From Pseudovirgaria hyperparasitica (taxonomy: Eukaryota): a stretch of DNA of 64,000 bases. Location: the NCBI GenBank assembly GCA_010093815.1, contig ML996568.1, one strand, 5' to 3'. Below are positions 11,301 through 22,934 of the stretch, one piece after another. Both the position numbers and the translations under genes were made by a program. Each line of letters opens with the position of its first letter. Positions within the stretch are counted from its first letter, which is position 1. Under the pieces are notes generated by a model, which was given only the letters and a program-made list of their open reading frames with translations, was not told the origin of the DNA and ran no database searches.

Positions 11301-13238
11301 ATGAAACAATCCATCATTCATCCGGCTCTGGTAGCCTCTGCTCTTTTTATCTCTTCCTGTGCTTCTTTGAAGCTCTCCGCTACCGATGGAGGTGAGCTTA
11401 GATGCTGCCACATCGTGCAAAACTAATATTTTTTCCAGAGTCTGTTCGCAATGCCGCTGCCACAGTCGCGTATGGCCTCATGAGCCACTACACCAACAAC
11501 CAATCGACCACCCCTGCTGCTGACGTTGGCTCCTTTGTTTCCCCCGAGGGTGTTGACAAGCTGTATTGGTGGAACAGTGGTGCCATCTGGGGCGGAATGG
11601 TCGACTATGCCATGTACTCCGGCGACAATAGCTATGTTGAAGCGACCAAGCACGCCCTTGCTGCCAACGTGGGTGAGAAGGCTGACCTAATCATTGAGTC
11701 TAAGCGGGGAGAAGAGGTGAGATGCACCGATGCTAGAGCGGAGAAGTATCCATGCTGACTATGGATAGGGCACTGACGATCAAGCATTCTGGGCTCTATC
11801 GATGATGTCCGCCGCTGAGTCCGGCTTCCCTGCTGCAGATGGTGCACCTGCATACATTGATGTCGCTGAAGGTGCTTTCAAGAGCATCACCTCCCGCTGG
11901 GACACTACGAGCTGCAACGGTGGATTATTCTGGCAGATCTATGCTGACAATGCCAACGGTCTCAAGTACAAGAACAGCGTAGCCAACGGAGGTTTGTTTC
12001 AGCTTGCCGCCCGTCTAGCTCTTCATAAGAAGGACGACAGCTTCGCCAACTGGGCTGAGAAGGTATGGGATTGGACCACTAAGATTGGCTTCATCGACTC
12101 GAACTATGCGGTTTATGATGGTGCCGGGACCGAGAACGGAGCCAACTGCGCCAAAATCGACCACAACAGATGGACATACAACCACGGTCTCTTCACGTAC
12201 GGCGCAGCGGCCATGTATGCTCACACGGGCAACAAGGTTTGGCTGGAACGAACTCAAGCACTTGTCAAGGCAGCCGATTACTTCTTCAACCACCACTCTG
12301 AAGCGCCTGGTGTTCTTGCCGAGGTCGTCTGCGAGCAGAAGACCTGCAACATGGACCAACAGTCGTTCAAAGCGTATCTCTCTCGCTGGCTGGGCAAGAC
12401 CGCTAAACTTGTCCCTGAGACTGCATCTACAATCACCCCATGGCTCAAATCTTCTGCTGAGGCCGCAGCTCAATCATGCTCTGGTGATAAGAACCAGTGT
12501 GGTACAAAATGGTATACCGGCGGTTTCGATGGTCTCCCGGGCATCAACCAGCAGCTTTGTGCATTGGAAACCATTCAATCACTGATGCTATCTATCGAAT
12601 CCAAGGGCGACCATGACCAAGGCTCGGATGCCAAGTCCTCGATTGTGCCCACCCCATCGCCCACACCATCACCAAGCCCGGCAGTTCCTGAGCCATCGAT
12701 CGTCGCGTCGTCATCCCACATTGAAGAACCAGTTCAGTTTGCCCCTACTGCAGTGGACAGCATCGCCCCAACCCCAGCTGCACCCACTCCATATGCGTCA
12801 CCAGCGGTCCCCGCTCCTTCAGAGGCTTCTGACTCGGTCTGCGAGGAGCCTGTTGTCGTCACCGTTACTGAGACTGGAACAGTGACTATGACTGTAGAGC
12901 CGACTGCGGAAGTACTCCCTACGTCCGTTTGCGAAACTCCTGTTGTCGTCACGGTTACTGTCACTTCCAGTTCATTTGCGGGCGTGGAGCCAACTTCAAT
13001 CATCAAGCCGACGACCGCTGTTGTATCGTCTCATGTTTCGGCACCGGCGGCGCCAAGTAGTCCCCCTGTTCCAACTGCAGTCGTCCCTCCTGTTCCAGCA
13101 ATGCCCACCTCAGGATTCGTCGTGCCCACAGGCCATGCGACACCTTCACCATTACCATTTGACGGTGCCGCGTCGAAACGATCAGCTGCCAGTGCCGTTT
13201 TCACGGTCGCGGTCGCTGCTTTGATGCTCTTCTTGTAA
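11301..13238 (+). CDS. GH76 endo-1,6-alpha-mannanase/transglycosylase (Dfg5/Dcw1-like), secreted, likely GPI-anchored
   Basis: Signal peptide MKQSIIHPALVASALFISSCAS; introns 11392-11438 and 11717-11768; YWWNSG, GTDDQAFW (catalytic DD), CNGGLFWQ, YKNS and DQQSFK motifs; Ser/Thr/Pro-rich stalk and hydrophobic C-terminus. Confidence 0.93.
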
Positions 13239-13927
13239 ATACATTAATGGACCAGCGTAAGAATATCTGGAAAAGGTCAGATGGCTGATCCTAGCGGATC
13301 GTAATGTACAGACTGCCGGGAAGTCAGACGGAGATTGGAATAGGCATGTGACACGCTGTAGCGATAGTCGAAACCACGCATAACACAGGAATTGCAACCT
13401 CTGTTAATCATCAACATTGCATGCCCTCTTGTGTGAATTCTACGTGCCCATAGTCTGACATGAAAGGTGTTGACTACGTCCTCGAGTGGTCGTTGGTAAG
13501 TACCAGCTTGCCAGGTCAGCTAGATCAATCGTGACCTTGGATGTACTTATGTAATTCCTGTAAGGTATATATGATGGATCACGTGATGTGTTATATGTTG
13601 TATGTTTGTGTTTCTTTATATTTGGGTACAAGTAGAGATGTGGGCTATCTAACTTGGTAGAATATGTATCTAGGAGGGATTTGGAGTTGATGTAGAAATA
13701 GTCGTACTAATACGTATACTCACTCTATAGTAGTAGTTATATTAGTATTTATTATAGGTAGACAGATTCTATGTCTAGAGCGAGGTGAGAATGACTTGCA
13801 GGTCGTTATACGTGCTGGTATAGCTGTTTATGTAGTAGCTCTTTGGAGTTGCTTTTGTTAAATGAAGATGGTCCATTCAAAATATACCTCCTCCATCCAC
13901 GCACCCCTACACCACACTCAACTCCCC

Positions 13928-14959
13928 TCACCCAAACGGCTTCCGCCCCCAGACAACACAAACAGTCCAATAATACGTATTCCTCCCATCCGCCAAATCC
14001 GCCCTCACACCCCCAATCTCCCCCTCCACCCGCCCCTCATCCCACCCCTCCAACCCCGCAACCCACAACCCCCTCGCCAACCGCCCCACAAACCCCTCCA
14101 TACCCGCCCGCACAAGCAACCCAACCTCCTTCTCCCTCTCCCCGCACGCCCACCCCCCAACCGGCACCATCACATCCCGCATCCCTATCTCCACGAACCC
14201 CTGCGCTTTCATGAGCCCCGGCAGAACGAGCCCGACCTGTGTGTCGATACCGCTGTTTGCGCTGGCTTGTTGGCAGAGGGCGCTCCAGCGGTGGAGCGCG
14301 GATGCGTCGGTTGTGTGGTGGCCTGGGATGTAGTCGATTGGGTAGAGGGGCTCGGCGGCTTGGATCCAGCCGCCGGGTTTTGTGTGGGTCCAGGCGCGGT
14401 CGAGGAAGGAGGGCCAGGATGGGGTGGTGAAGAGGAGGGTGTGGGTGTGTGTGAAGTCGAAGGTTGGTGGTGGTGGTGGGTGCTGTGTGGGTTTGGGGAG
14501 TGCGTTGGCCTGGGTTTGGTGGTGTTTGGTTGTTGGGGTGGTGGATGTTATGTTTGGGGGAAGGGAGGAGGTGGTGGGCTGGGTGTTGGGGTTTGGGCTT
14601 GAGGTTGTGCTTGTGCTTGTGACGTTGCATTCTGGGTTCTCGCGTGCGAAGTCGATGGCCCATGGGCTTGTCTTGGTGCTGGTGCTGATGTCGAGGACGG
14701 CGGTTTCGGCGCCGGTTAGGGGGGCTAGGTAGAGGGCGCCGCCGAGCATGAGGCGCCAGATGCGGTGCTGTAGGTCGAGGTGTTGTGTATCCTCGTCGGC
14801 GTCGTTGGGGGGCTGGTTTGCAGAGGCCTCCTCGTCGGATGCTTGGTGGGAGGGGGTAGGAGTGGTTGTTGTTTGCACGGGGTCGGGGACGGCGGCGGGG
14901 TTGATGGCGTCGAGGTCGACGTCGAGCTCTAGTCCGATGATTGACGCGGCGCGGTTCAT
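13928..14959 (-). CDS. LaeA-like/TAM-type SAM-dependent methyltransferase homolog, divergent
   Basis: LDLQHRIWRLMLGGALYLAP, VLDI..WAIDFARENP, FDFTH, KPGGWIQ and VPVGGW..K.VG..VVWGRKP are typical of the fungal LaeA-like family. Confidence 0.8.
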   Translation of the reverse strand: MNRAASIIGLELDVDLDAINPAAVPDPVQTTTTPTPSHQASDEEASANQPPNDADEDTQHLDLQHRIWRLMLGGALYLAPLTGAETAVLDISTSTKTSPWAIDFARENPECNVTSTSTTSSPNPNTQPTTSSLPPNITSTTPTTKHHQTQANALPKPTQHPPPPPTFDFTHTHTLLFTTPSWPSFLDRAWTHTKPGGWIQAAEPLYPIDYIPGHHTTDASALHRWSALCQQASANSGIDTQVGLVLPGLMKAQGFVEIGMRDVMVPVGGWACGEREKEVGLLVRAGMEGFVGRLARGLWVAGLEGWDEGRVEGEIGGVRADLADGRNTYYWTVCVVWGRKPFG

Positions 14960-15570
14960 GATGGTGGTGGTTGTGGTGGTGGCACTACCCCTTCTTGTTC
15001 ATCACTCTGAAGGGGATAGAGGCGTGTAATGCAAAGTGTAAGGGGATAGCACGCTTCGAATATAGAATGTGGTGATGCGACGTCATCGCGGAACAGCGGG
15101 CACTAAGCTAGCTTGCACCGGGTCTGCCGGGAAAGGAAACTAGGGAAGGGAAAAGGGCCGATAAGGTATACTGTAAGTGAATGCTTTGGCGGGTCTTAGC
15201 AAGCATATATATGTATCTACTATGATGTTTTAATCCAACATAGCATGTGAGAAAAAAGGGAATGGGAACTGATGATGAAGTGGTATGTCAAGGAGCCCAA
15301 GCGCAGTAAAGTAGTATGATAAGCAGGTGCCAGCACCTATCCATTTTGTCCTCGAGACACTAGCCGCTAGCAGTCTCCAAGTCCAACTTCAGGAGTAAAA
15401 CAAGACTACTTGACTAAATCACGATTCCATCGTATATCTGACAACAAGATGCAATCCCCCTCTATGGTAGTAGCGAAAAGTGTTTTATTCTATGCTCCGT
15501 CTTTTTTGCCTCGACAGCCTCACGAATCCCCCTAACTTTATCCTTGTACTCAGCATTCTATAATAACGAG

Positions 15571-15889
15571 TCAATTCTTGTTTCCAACACGTTGTACTTG
15601 GGGTATACTCATCACATATTCGCAGACTCCAAAGTCGAGGTCAAAGTCCAAAACATGAACCTCTGTGCACAACTGTACGCCAGTCCTGATGTCAGCTTCA
15701 TTCGGAACGTGGACGGAAATCGAGACGGAGACGCCAGGGCACGCGGTCTTGATGGTAGTTTCGAGATCGCGTTGGCAGCTCCTCTGTAGTAAGTGTTAGG
15801 AAGAATAACTTTGCGTGTTGGACGGAGCGATAATATACGGCAGAGTCGACGTCGTCGAACTCGACGGATAACATGGTAGTCTGGTGCAT
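15571..15889 (-). CDS. Small spliced orphan ORF (~87 aa), unknown function
   Basis: Exon 1 MHQTTMLSVEFDDVDSA; 55-nt intron 15784-15838 (GTATAT..CTAAC..TACAG, phase 0); exon 2 is open for 70 codons, RSCQRDLETTIKTACPGV..GNKN*. Confidence 0.5.
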
Positions 15890-17840
15890 GCTGGAATGGA
15901 GTCTTTTGCGCTTTGAGTGTTTATGACTTGGATTGAAGAACTCTAGACAATTTCTAGGAATGAGTGTTTATGAAGTTGATCAGCTAGATTTCTATGTCTC
16001 TTCGTAGTTATATATCAAGCGTCCGTCGACATGTTACATGTTTCCAAAGTGTTTAGCACAAAGAGACGTAGCTATCGGATGAAAACATCCAAGTGAGATG
16101 CCCGTAATAGCATCATGTCCTTCTGCAGCGCAACATCGACATTCCTAGACACATATTTGACATCGTCTGGAATGAAATCGCTCAAAGAGCTCATGCTTTC
16201 TTCACGAGAAATCCTTTCACGACTGTCATCCTAGAAGAGACATCAATCATGATCTGTGTAGAAGGCATGAGGAAGTCAAGCTTGCACAGGTAAAACTTGA
16301 ACGCACTGCATTCCAGGAACATGTGATCTCTCTACAGAGAGTACGATCATTGGATATGCTACCATCCCGCCACTCACAGATTCTTTGATCTTCCATATCT
16401 TCTTCCCGCGAGAATACGGCACCAGACCATAGACATTTCGGAATGCAAGTTGAAAGAATGCCAGGTCAAGACGCAAGATGGAAAAAGCCATGAATTGCAA
16501 TTCGAAAATCCGAAGTCAGAAATGCGATTATGTAAAGAAAGCACTGGTTGAAAAACCAGACCCGGAGAAGGACCAAGGAATGCAGAATCACCCAGACCAT
16601 GAATCATTCAAATGTCAAAGAGAGATTGTAAAATCACAGCATAGAGAGAGAGCGACGGAGACAAGATTCATTCGTTCATTCACTTAGCAAGGAGCTCTCG
16701 GTAGTCGGGAAGCGAAGCAAGGGGCGCACTTCAGCTTCGGGGGGATTGAATGCATTGGACATGGTTTTCCCCGTGTCAAGCTTTTCTAGGAGTTTGCTCC
16801 AAAGGACCGCTTGGAGTAAGCCTCAAGTGTGCTTCTGCGAGAGTAAGTTCATAGTCTAATGCGCTATCAGGTGATAGGTAGAGCTGCCTCGCGCCTCGCC
16901 TACTTGTGTCTCATCCCTTGTTCTGTTCCGTTCCTCCGTAGCTTTTGCGTATACCGGTCATGGGCTTTAGCATTTAAGCGTCGATGACCGTAGAGTATCT
17001 ATGTTAAGGTACAGCCGATAATGTGTTGAGAAGAACGAGACTTACTTTTGCTCTACCTAGAGGATCTGATGTCCTTCTCATGGCAGGGTGTAAGTGACGG
17101 ACTCAAAGCCGCTGACGGCAGCAATTCCTTGGTGCCCTTAACATGAGCCTCTGATCAGGACCTTGTAACGATACACCTCTCCTTCCTGAGATATGGAGAT
17201 TTTAAGTCTTCGATGCAATATCTCAACTCACTTGACCATCGTATCATGATATAAGAGGGTGCTGGTTGAACGAAAAGTCTACGTTCAAGCTCGAGAATGG
17301 TTGGTGCATGCAGACCCAGGCCTTTGGTTGCAATCCTTGTTTGCACGTGTAGGAGTGACATTGCGCGAGCTCACTGTTGGAACCTGCATCCTCGAAATCT
17401 CAAGCCTTACATTAGAAAACATCTATTCATCTCTGGAGCACTCTGCTATATGTCACTATATGAGTTCCTAATGTCCTTCCCCTGGGCATTCCGCTTTAGG
17501 CACCATGACTTTTTAACATGGATAGAGGTTATTTAGCGGAAAAAAAGACTAGAATATCATCATTCCTCAGATTCGCTTCGTCGCTTTGACCCTGAGAACC
17601 CTTTTCTCTTTGTTTGAGTTTTTCAAGCAAGACTATCTCCTTAGAATTTTTATGAGATTCTAGAAACCTTTAAAGAGACTTTACTAAGATAAAAATAAAT
17701 CTCTAGATAGATCAAAGATAACTCCAATTATTTATTATATCTACTTTTCATACTCTTATATAGTTACGTATAGGTATAAAAGTAGAAAAGAACCTCTAGA
17801 TAGGAAGATTGGGGTGAAGACGCGCGGGTACGAGTGCCAA

Positions 17841-18352
17841 GAGAATCCGTCTGTAACTTTTTCAGCGCGACTCTTGGCACGCGTCGCACGTATAACACAC
17901 CACTTTTTCTCTTATTCTTAAAACTTACATTTTCCCTAATATCTCTAGAACTAGAACTCTAGGAAGTTTTCTAATTATATATAAATATACCCCTATATAG
18001 TCTCTTACTTTCTATATAAGAAAATTAATAAAAAAAGAATAGACTAATTAGTTATTCTAAGAAAAGCTCTATAAAGTAGAGAACTATTAAAGTACTAAGG
18101 TACGTAGTAGAGAAAATAAGAAAATAGAGATTTTCTCTATTATCTATCTCTTTAAGACTCTTTAGTCTTTAAAAGAACTTAAAAAGTATTCTTTAGATAT
18201 AACTAAAAGTATATATAATCTTTTAATATCTTCTAGAGGCTTAATATTAGGGTTATTAAAGGAAATAGCGGTTTTTAAGAATAAGAGAAAAAGTGGTGTA
18301 TTGCGCGCGCGACGCGTGCCAAGAGTCGCGCTGAAAAAGCTACAGACGGATT
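17841..18352. mobile_element. Non-autonomous TIR DNA element (MITE-like), RIP-mutated interior
   Basis: ~85-bp inverted repeats AATCCGTCTGTARCTTTTTCAGCGCGACTCTTGGCACGCGTCGC..CACCACTTTTTCTCTTATTCTTAAAA at both ends. The interior is very AT/TpA-rich and a related copy lies at 49614. Confidence 0.85.
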
Positions 18353-18482
18353 GAGTTCAAGGTAAACGACGATTTACCCGAATCCTTAAGTCCCCCTCCC
18401 CCCAATCTCAAAAAAAATAAATTTTCAAAAATATTGAATTATACTATATAATCTAACAAAAACTCTACACTTTCAAGCAAGC

Positions 18483-18600
18483 GGCACTAATGGTGTAAAG
18501 TCATAAACGCGCAGATTCTTAACTGTGATCAAAGAAATTCCATACAATCTATGGTGCCTACAGTCCACCGGTTCGAATCCGGTGCATTGTAGTTTTTTTT
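18483..18600 (+). pseudogene. tRNA-like Pol III element (tRNA pseudogene or atypical tRNA-derived ncRNA)
   Basis: Perfect T-arm/B-box ACCGG-TTCGAAT-CCGGT (18566-18583), D-stem-like GTGT/ACGC and a long oligo-T terminator. The acceptor stem and anticodon loop are non-canonical. Confidence 0.5.
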
Positions 18601-19517
18601 TTTTTTTTTTCATTTTTTTCATTTTTTTTTTTTATTTTTGTTTTTGGATTTTTTTATTGAATTTCGGACGGCCTTCGATTTCTAGGCTGGTGAATGTGGT
18701 TACTAGTAGTGTCTCTCTGTTAAAGCTGACTATGATCGCACTTTATGCCTACCATTATCTTACGTCTTTTCAGCTAATCGCTCTTTTGACATGGGTCGTT
18801 GAGAGCTTTGTGAGCACCTCCTTCGACCGCTTCAGTCTTTATCATCAGCAGTAGGTACACAATACATCCCCGGTCGTGTATCTCATATGGCTCTGACCCG
18901 AGCAAGTTCTTTCAATGCACCATCGCTCCATCCTATCCTAGCTCATAGAAGCGTTGCAAGCATAATAATCCATCCAAGCGCCCTTTTTCCATAAGCTTGT
19001 AGCATCACAGACTCATTATTCTGTAGGTATGTATGCAAAGGAAGAGGTGTGAGCTATATAAGAACCCACATTGTATACAGGTGCAAGGTGTTGTAGTGGT
19101 GCGATCTGCTGAGCGAAGAGCCATGAATATATGAAAGACATGCCTGATCGATGTGGTGAAGACATGTATATGCGTAGTTTGAGAGTGGAAGCTGTTTCTT
19201 CTGGAGGGCAACGACACGCTTGCTTACAGTGTACAGCGTTGACTACAATAATCCGTGCTACCGAAGGCGGCTATGCCAAAAACTCGGCAAGGGTTAGAGG
19301 CGATCATTGCGAAGTGACTTCTCCACAAGTCTCGAGCTAGGTGGAGAGCTCTGTGACGTGGATTGGACTTCGTGAGTGTATGGAGTGCAATATAAAACGC
19401 GTCGTATGATCACGCGGGTATTGAACGGTGGACTCTCTCCATAGATTGGCTTCTGACTCTACTTCGGACAGTATGTTCCAACCTGAGTTATTACTTCCGA
19501 GAACATAAATATGCTTC

Positions 19518-20510
19518 TTAATTCGACTTTTTAATCCTCCCCTCTGCGTCGTAGAAGATCTCACGCACCTTAACACTCCGAAGATGATTCTTCCCACCCG
19601 ACAAACTAGTATCGTGATAGAAAAGATACCACCTCTCTTCATATTCTACTATGCTGTGGTGAGTCGTCCAGCCCTGCACAGGCTCCAGGATCCGGCCCTC
19701 GTAGGTGAACGGCCCCAACGGACTGTCCCCGACAGCATACACCAGGAAATGGGTATCGCCGGTCGAGTACGAGAAGTAGTACTTCTCCTTGTACTTGTGC
19801 ATCCACGCTGCTTCAAAGAACCGCTTATCGTGGTCGTCTGCGGCGATGGGCTGCCCAGTTTCGGGTGCTAGGATCTGGAGCTCCCTGACTTCGGAGCTGA
19901 ATGATCTCATATCATCTGCCAGCTGGGCAACACGGGGGAACAGCGCAATCTTGCCCTCCCCAGACGGCTCCTGGGCACCTTGCAGCGAAGGATCAAATGC
20001 TCCAGTCTGCCAACACTGGAGCTGTCCGCCCCACAGGCCGCCGAAGTACAGATACGCATCGCCATTCTCGTCTACAAAGCTGGCTGGGTCGATGCTGTAG
20101 CTTCCTCGAATGGGCTCTGGATCAGGTACGAACGGTCCTTCGGGCCTGTCACCCACTGCGACACCGATGCGGAAGATGCCCGATTTGTCGCGAGCAGGGA
20201 AATACAAGAAGTACTTGCCGTTCTTGAAGGCGGCGTCGGGAGCCCAGAGCTGCTTGCTGACCCATGGGATCTCCTCCATCTTCAGGACCACACCGTGGTC
20301 AGTTGCAGGTGATGAGATGGTGTCTAGGGACAACACGTGGTAATCGACCATATCGTATTGGTCGCCATTGTCGTTGTCTTGGATATCGGTTGCGCGGTCA
20401 TGCGATGGATATATGTATATCTTGCCATTGAAGACGTGGGCCGATGGATCTGCGGTGTAGATATGCGTTACGAGGGGTTCGTCGGCGTCTGTGATCGGTG
20501 TAGACACCAT
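19518..20510 (-). CDS. GH43 beta-xylosidase/alpha-L-arabinofuranosidase (intracellular, GH43_1-like)
   Basis: YTADPSAHVFNGKIYIYPSHD, QLWAPDAA, SIDPASFVD, FFEAAW and WTTHHS motifs. Intronless, no signal peptide. Confidence 0.95.
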   Translation of the reverse strand: MVSTPITDADEPLVTHIYTADPSAHVFNGKIYIYPSHDRATDIQDNDNGDQYDMVDYHVLSLDTISSPATDHGVVLKMEEIPWVSKQLWAPDAAFKNGKYFLYFPARDKSGIFRIGVAVGDRPEGPFVPDPEPIRGSYSIDPASFVDENGDAYLYFGGLWGGQLQCWQTGAFDPSLQGAQEPSGEGKIALFPRVAQLADDMRSFSSEVRELQILAPETGQPIAADDHDKRFFEAAWMHKYKEKYYFSYSTGDTHFLVYAVGDSPLGPFTYEGRILEPVQGWTTHHSIVEYEERWYLFYHDTSLSGGKNHLRSVKVREIFYDAEGRIKKSN

Positions 20511-21400
20511 GATGACCTGGACTTTCTTTCTGCGGATCTGATGGTGAGGATTGCAAAATTATCTACGGTGGCAGAGTTGGGTTAATAGCATAATCAATCG
20601 TGCTTTTGAGCCGCAATCGGCACCTCAGAGATCCATTTAGCCGTTTAGCCAGAGACATTTGGTGACTTAGCCTAAATCGGTGAGATACTCCATGACAGCT
20701 CGTGGCACGAAAGAGATGGTTTCGTCTCTGCTACTCTTCTCGCAGTAGTACTATGCTAATGCTACAGACATAGGCAAGTTTTTAAGATGAACAACCGATG
20801 AGGAAGGGTTTCGTGAATGAGTTGCAGATTGTTTCGAGGCGGAGGAAAGTAAGAAGTCAAGGAGTGGGCCCGAGCTCCTCTTGGCGTACGCATCCATCTG
20901 TTCCTCCATCGATCGAGACGAGGATTCAGTGTATCTTCTACCTTATAATTCATAGACTATGGGTTGCGGTTCATATCATGTCATATACGTGCTTATAACT
21001 CGTAGAATATACTCATAGTTCATTTATAGAGTACGTATCTACTAACTGCACTATCGGTTTCAAATTCCTAGTGTGCATATTCTGTCATATCAGATCAGAT
21101 TATACATTCTACTTCGGACCTAATAGATAGACTAGTAGATATCCTAATTTCTATAGTCTTCTATGTAGTATACCTTTAGATATTATTCTTTAACATTTCA
21201 TTTACAGAAGAGAGATGTTATGTCGATAGACTGACTCTACATTACTCATTTGTTTTTATCTCAGAACTTGAATCTCCTTATCATATTATCCCATATCTTA
21301 TATCGTAAATATCATATCCTGATATCCCCCGTCTTATATCACACATTCTCCATCCCACTACCAAAAACACCATTTCAACCCACTCTCCTCCCTCCACCTC

Positions 21401-22934
21401 TCACCCCCAAAACCGCACACAAATACCCCCAACCTCATCCCCATCCCCATCCCCAACTCCATCCCCAAACCCCACCAAACTATGCAGCCCCTCCGCCTCA
21501 TAAAGCTCTCTCAACCGAGCACACAGTACCTCCACTTCTACACCTTCACCACCGCCACCACCACCCAAAATCCCCTCTCTAACCCTCTCAATCTCAGCCA
21601 ATCTCGCATTCGATACCCCCTCCGGGGAAACGCAGCGCGCGCACGTACATGTGAAGCCGAATGTTTGTGCGAGGGAGAGGGTGCGGTGGGGGGTTGGCGT
21701 TAGGGGGTGGGAGTCTGTTGTTTTGCTTTTGTTATTATTGTCGTTGTCATTAGTAGATTTGGGATGGGATGGGATGGGATGGGATAGATTAGGGGGGTAA
21801 ACAGAGGGATGGAAGGGGGTTATATTGAGGAGGGAAAAGGGGGGGGGGGTAATCGACGTACAAGCAATCGTAATCTCCTCGCCTGGCGCGATGGGCCGGA
21901 CGGCGCGGATGGTGTGTGTGAGGAGAGGGGTGTTCCAGGTGTATATTGCGCTGTTTTGGTGAGGTTAGTTCGTTCGTGTGTCCGTTTTGCTTCTACATGA
22001 CCAGCCTCGACGAGCGAAAACACCAAGAAGAAAAAAAAAACAGAAACGAACTCAAAACTCACTTCGGCCCACAATCATGATTAACCCGACTCGCCCCCAG
22101 CAAAACCGCAACATGCATCTCCCCCCCGCCGTCCCCAACCCCAACCTCAAACCCATTCGTCGCCACCACATCCAACAACAACAACCCCCCTTCCCCGCCT
22201 CCTACACCACCAGCACCCCCAGTACCACCCCCCGCAAACCTCCTCGCCAACCCCCTAACCCCCCTCTCCACATCCCCACTCAACCCCGCCAGCGCCCTCC
22301 CAAACAACATCTCCAAATCCTCCTGCGCAATCAGCCTCGTCACATTGCGCAGCGCAAGCAGGACGGGCGTGTGCGTCATGACCACGTCGCCGCGGGAGAG
22401 CGGGCCGCGTGCGAGGATGCCCATGCCGCGGCCTGGGAGGGGGGTTTCGGTGTATACGCGGTCCTGTTCTCGCTCGTGTTGATGTTCCAGATGTAACTGC
22501 GAATCCACACCCTCGGAGAAAGCAGGCAGGGCGCGAAAGGCGGCTGCTAGGGCGGGGGTGGTGAGGATGGCGATGCCGCGGCCGTGGGCAAAGGATGTGG
22601 ATGTGTAGATGCAGAGGGGGGAGTTGTGGAGGGTGGGGAGGGGTTGGGTGCATGTTGGGGGGGAGGACCAGGGTGTTTGGTGGTGTTGTTGTTGTTGTTG
22701 TTGTTGTTGTTGAGGGGGATTTAGGGGGATGATGGCGGGACAGGAGGGGTGGAGGGGGTTTTGGAGGGGATTTTGGGGTGGGCATTGGGGTTGTTTGGGG
22801 GGGAGGGGAGAGGAGGATGGGGATGATGATGATGATGGGGATGATGAGGAGGAGGAGGAGGAGGATGACGAGTATGATGGGTATACGAGGAGGAAAAGGG
22901 AGAAGGAGAAGAAGAGGACGGAGGAGAGAATCAT
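21401..22934 (-). CDS. SET-domain protein (SMYD/Set5-like) with hydrophobic N-terminus
   Basis: GRGMGILA..ASRVNHDCGPN / AIYTWNTPLLTHTIRAVRPIAPGEEITIAY / SHP..FGFTCTCARC after splicing introns ~21951-22062 and ~21715-21861. The 3' end is uncertain. Confidence 0.85.

Noticed and set aside
13843..14732. Pro-rich and Gly-rich plus-strand ORFs
   Set aside because: Shadow frames of the skewed methyltransferase gene.
16276..17536. Short ORFs upstream of the TIR element
   Set aside because: No motifs or consistent splice structure found.
18247..18255. TTAGGGTTA telomere-like / telomerase-template-like motif
   Set aside because: Only 1.5 units, inside RIP-mutated TE DNA; expected by chance.
18511..18523. 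Possible ochre-suppressor (TTA) or Sec tRNA reading of the tRNA-like element
   Set aside because: The TTA register lacks U33, the stems are imperfect and there is no TCA anticodon in the loop; identity cannot be assigned.
18525..18854. Phe-rich 109-aa ORF
   Set aside because: Translation of a poly-T terminator tract.
19518..20510. Recent bacterial HGT of the intronless GH43
   Set aside because: This intracellular GH43 type is widespread in ascomycetes and its composition matches neighbouring genes.
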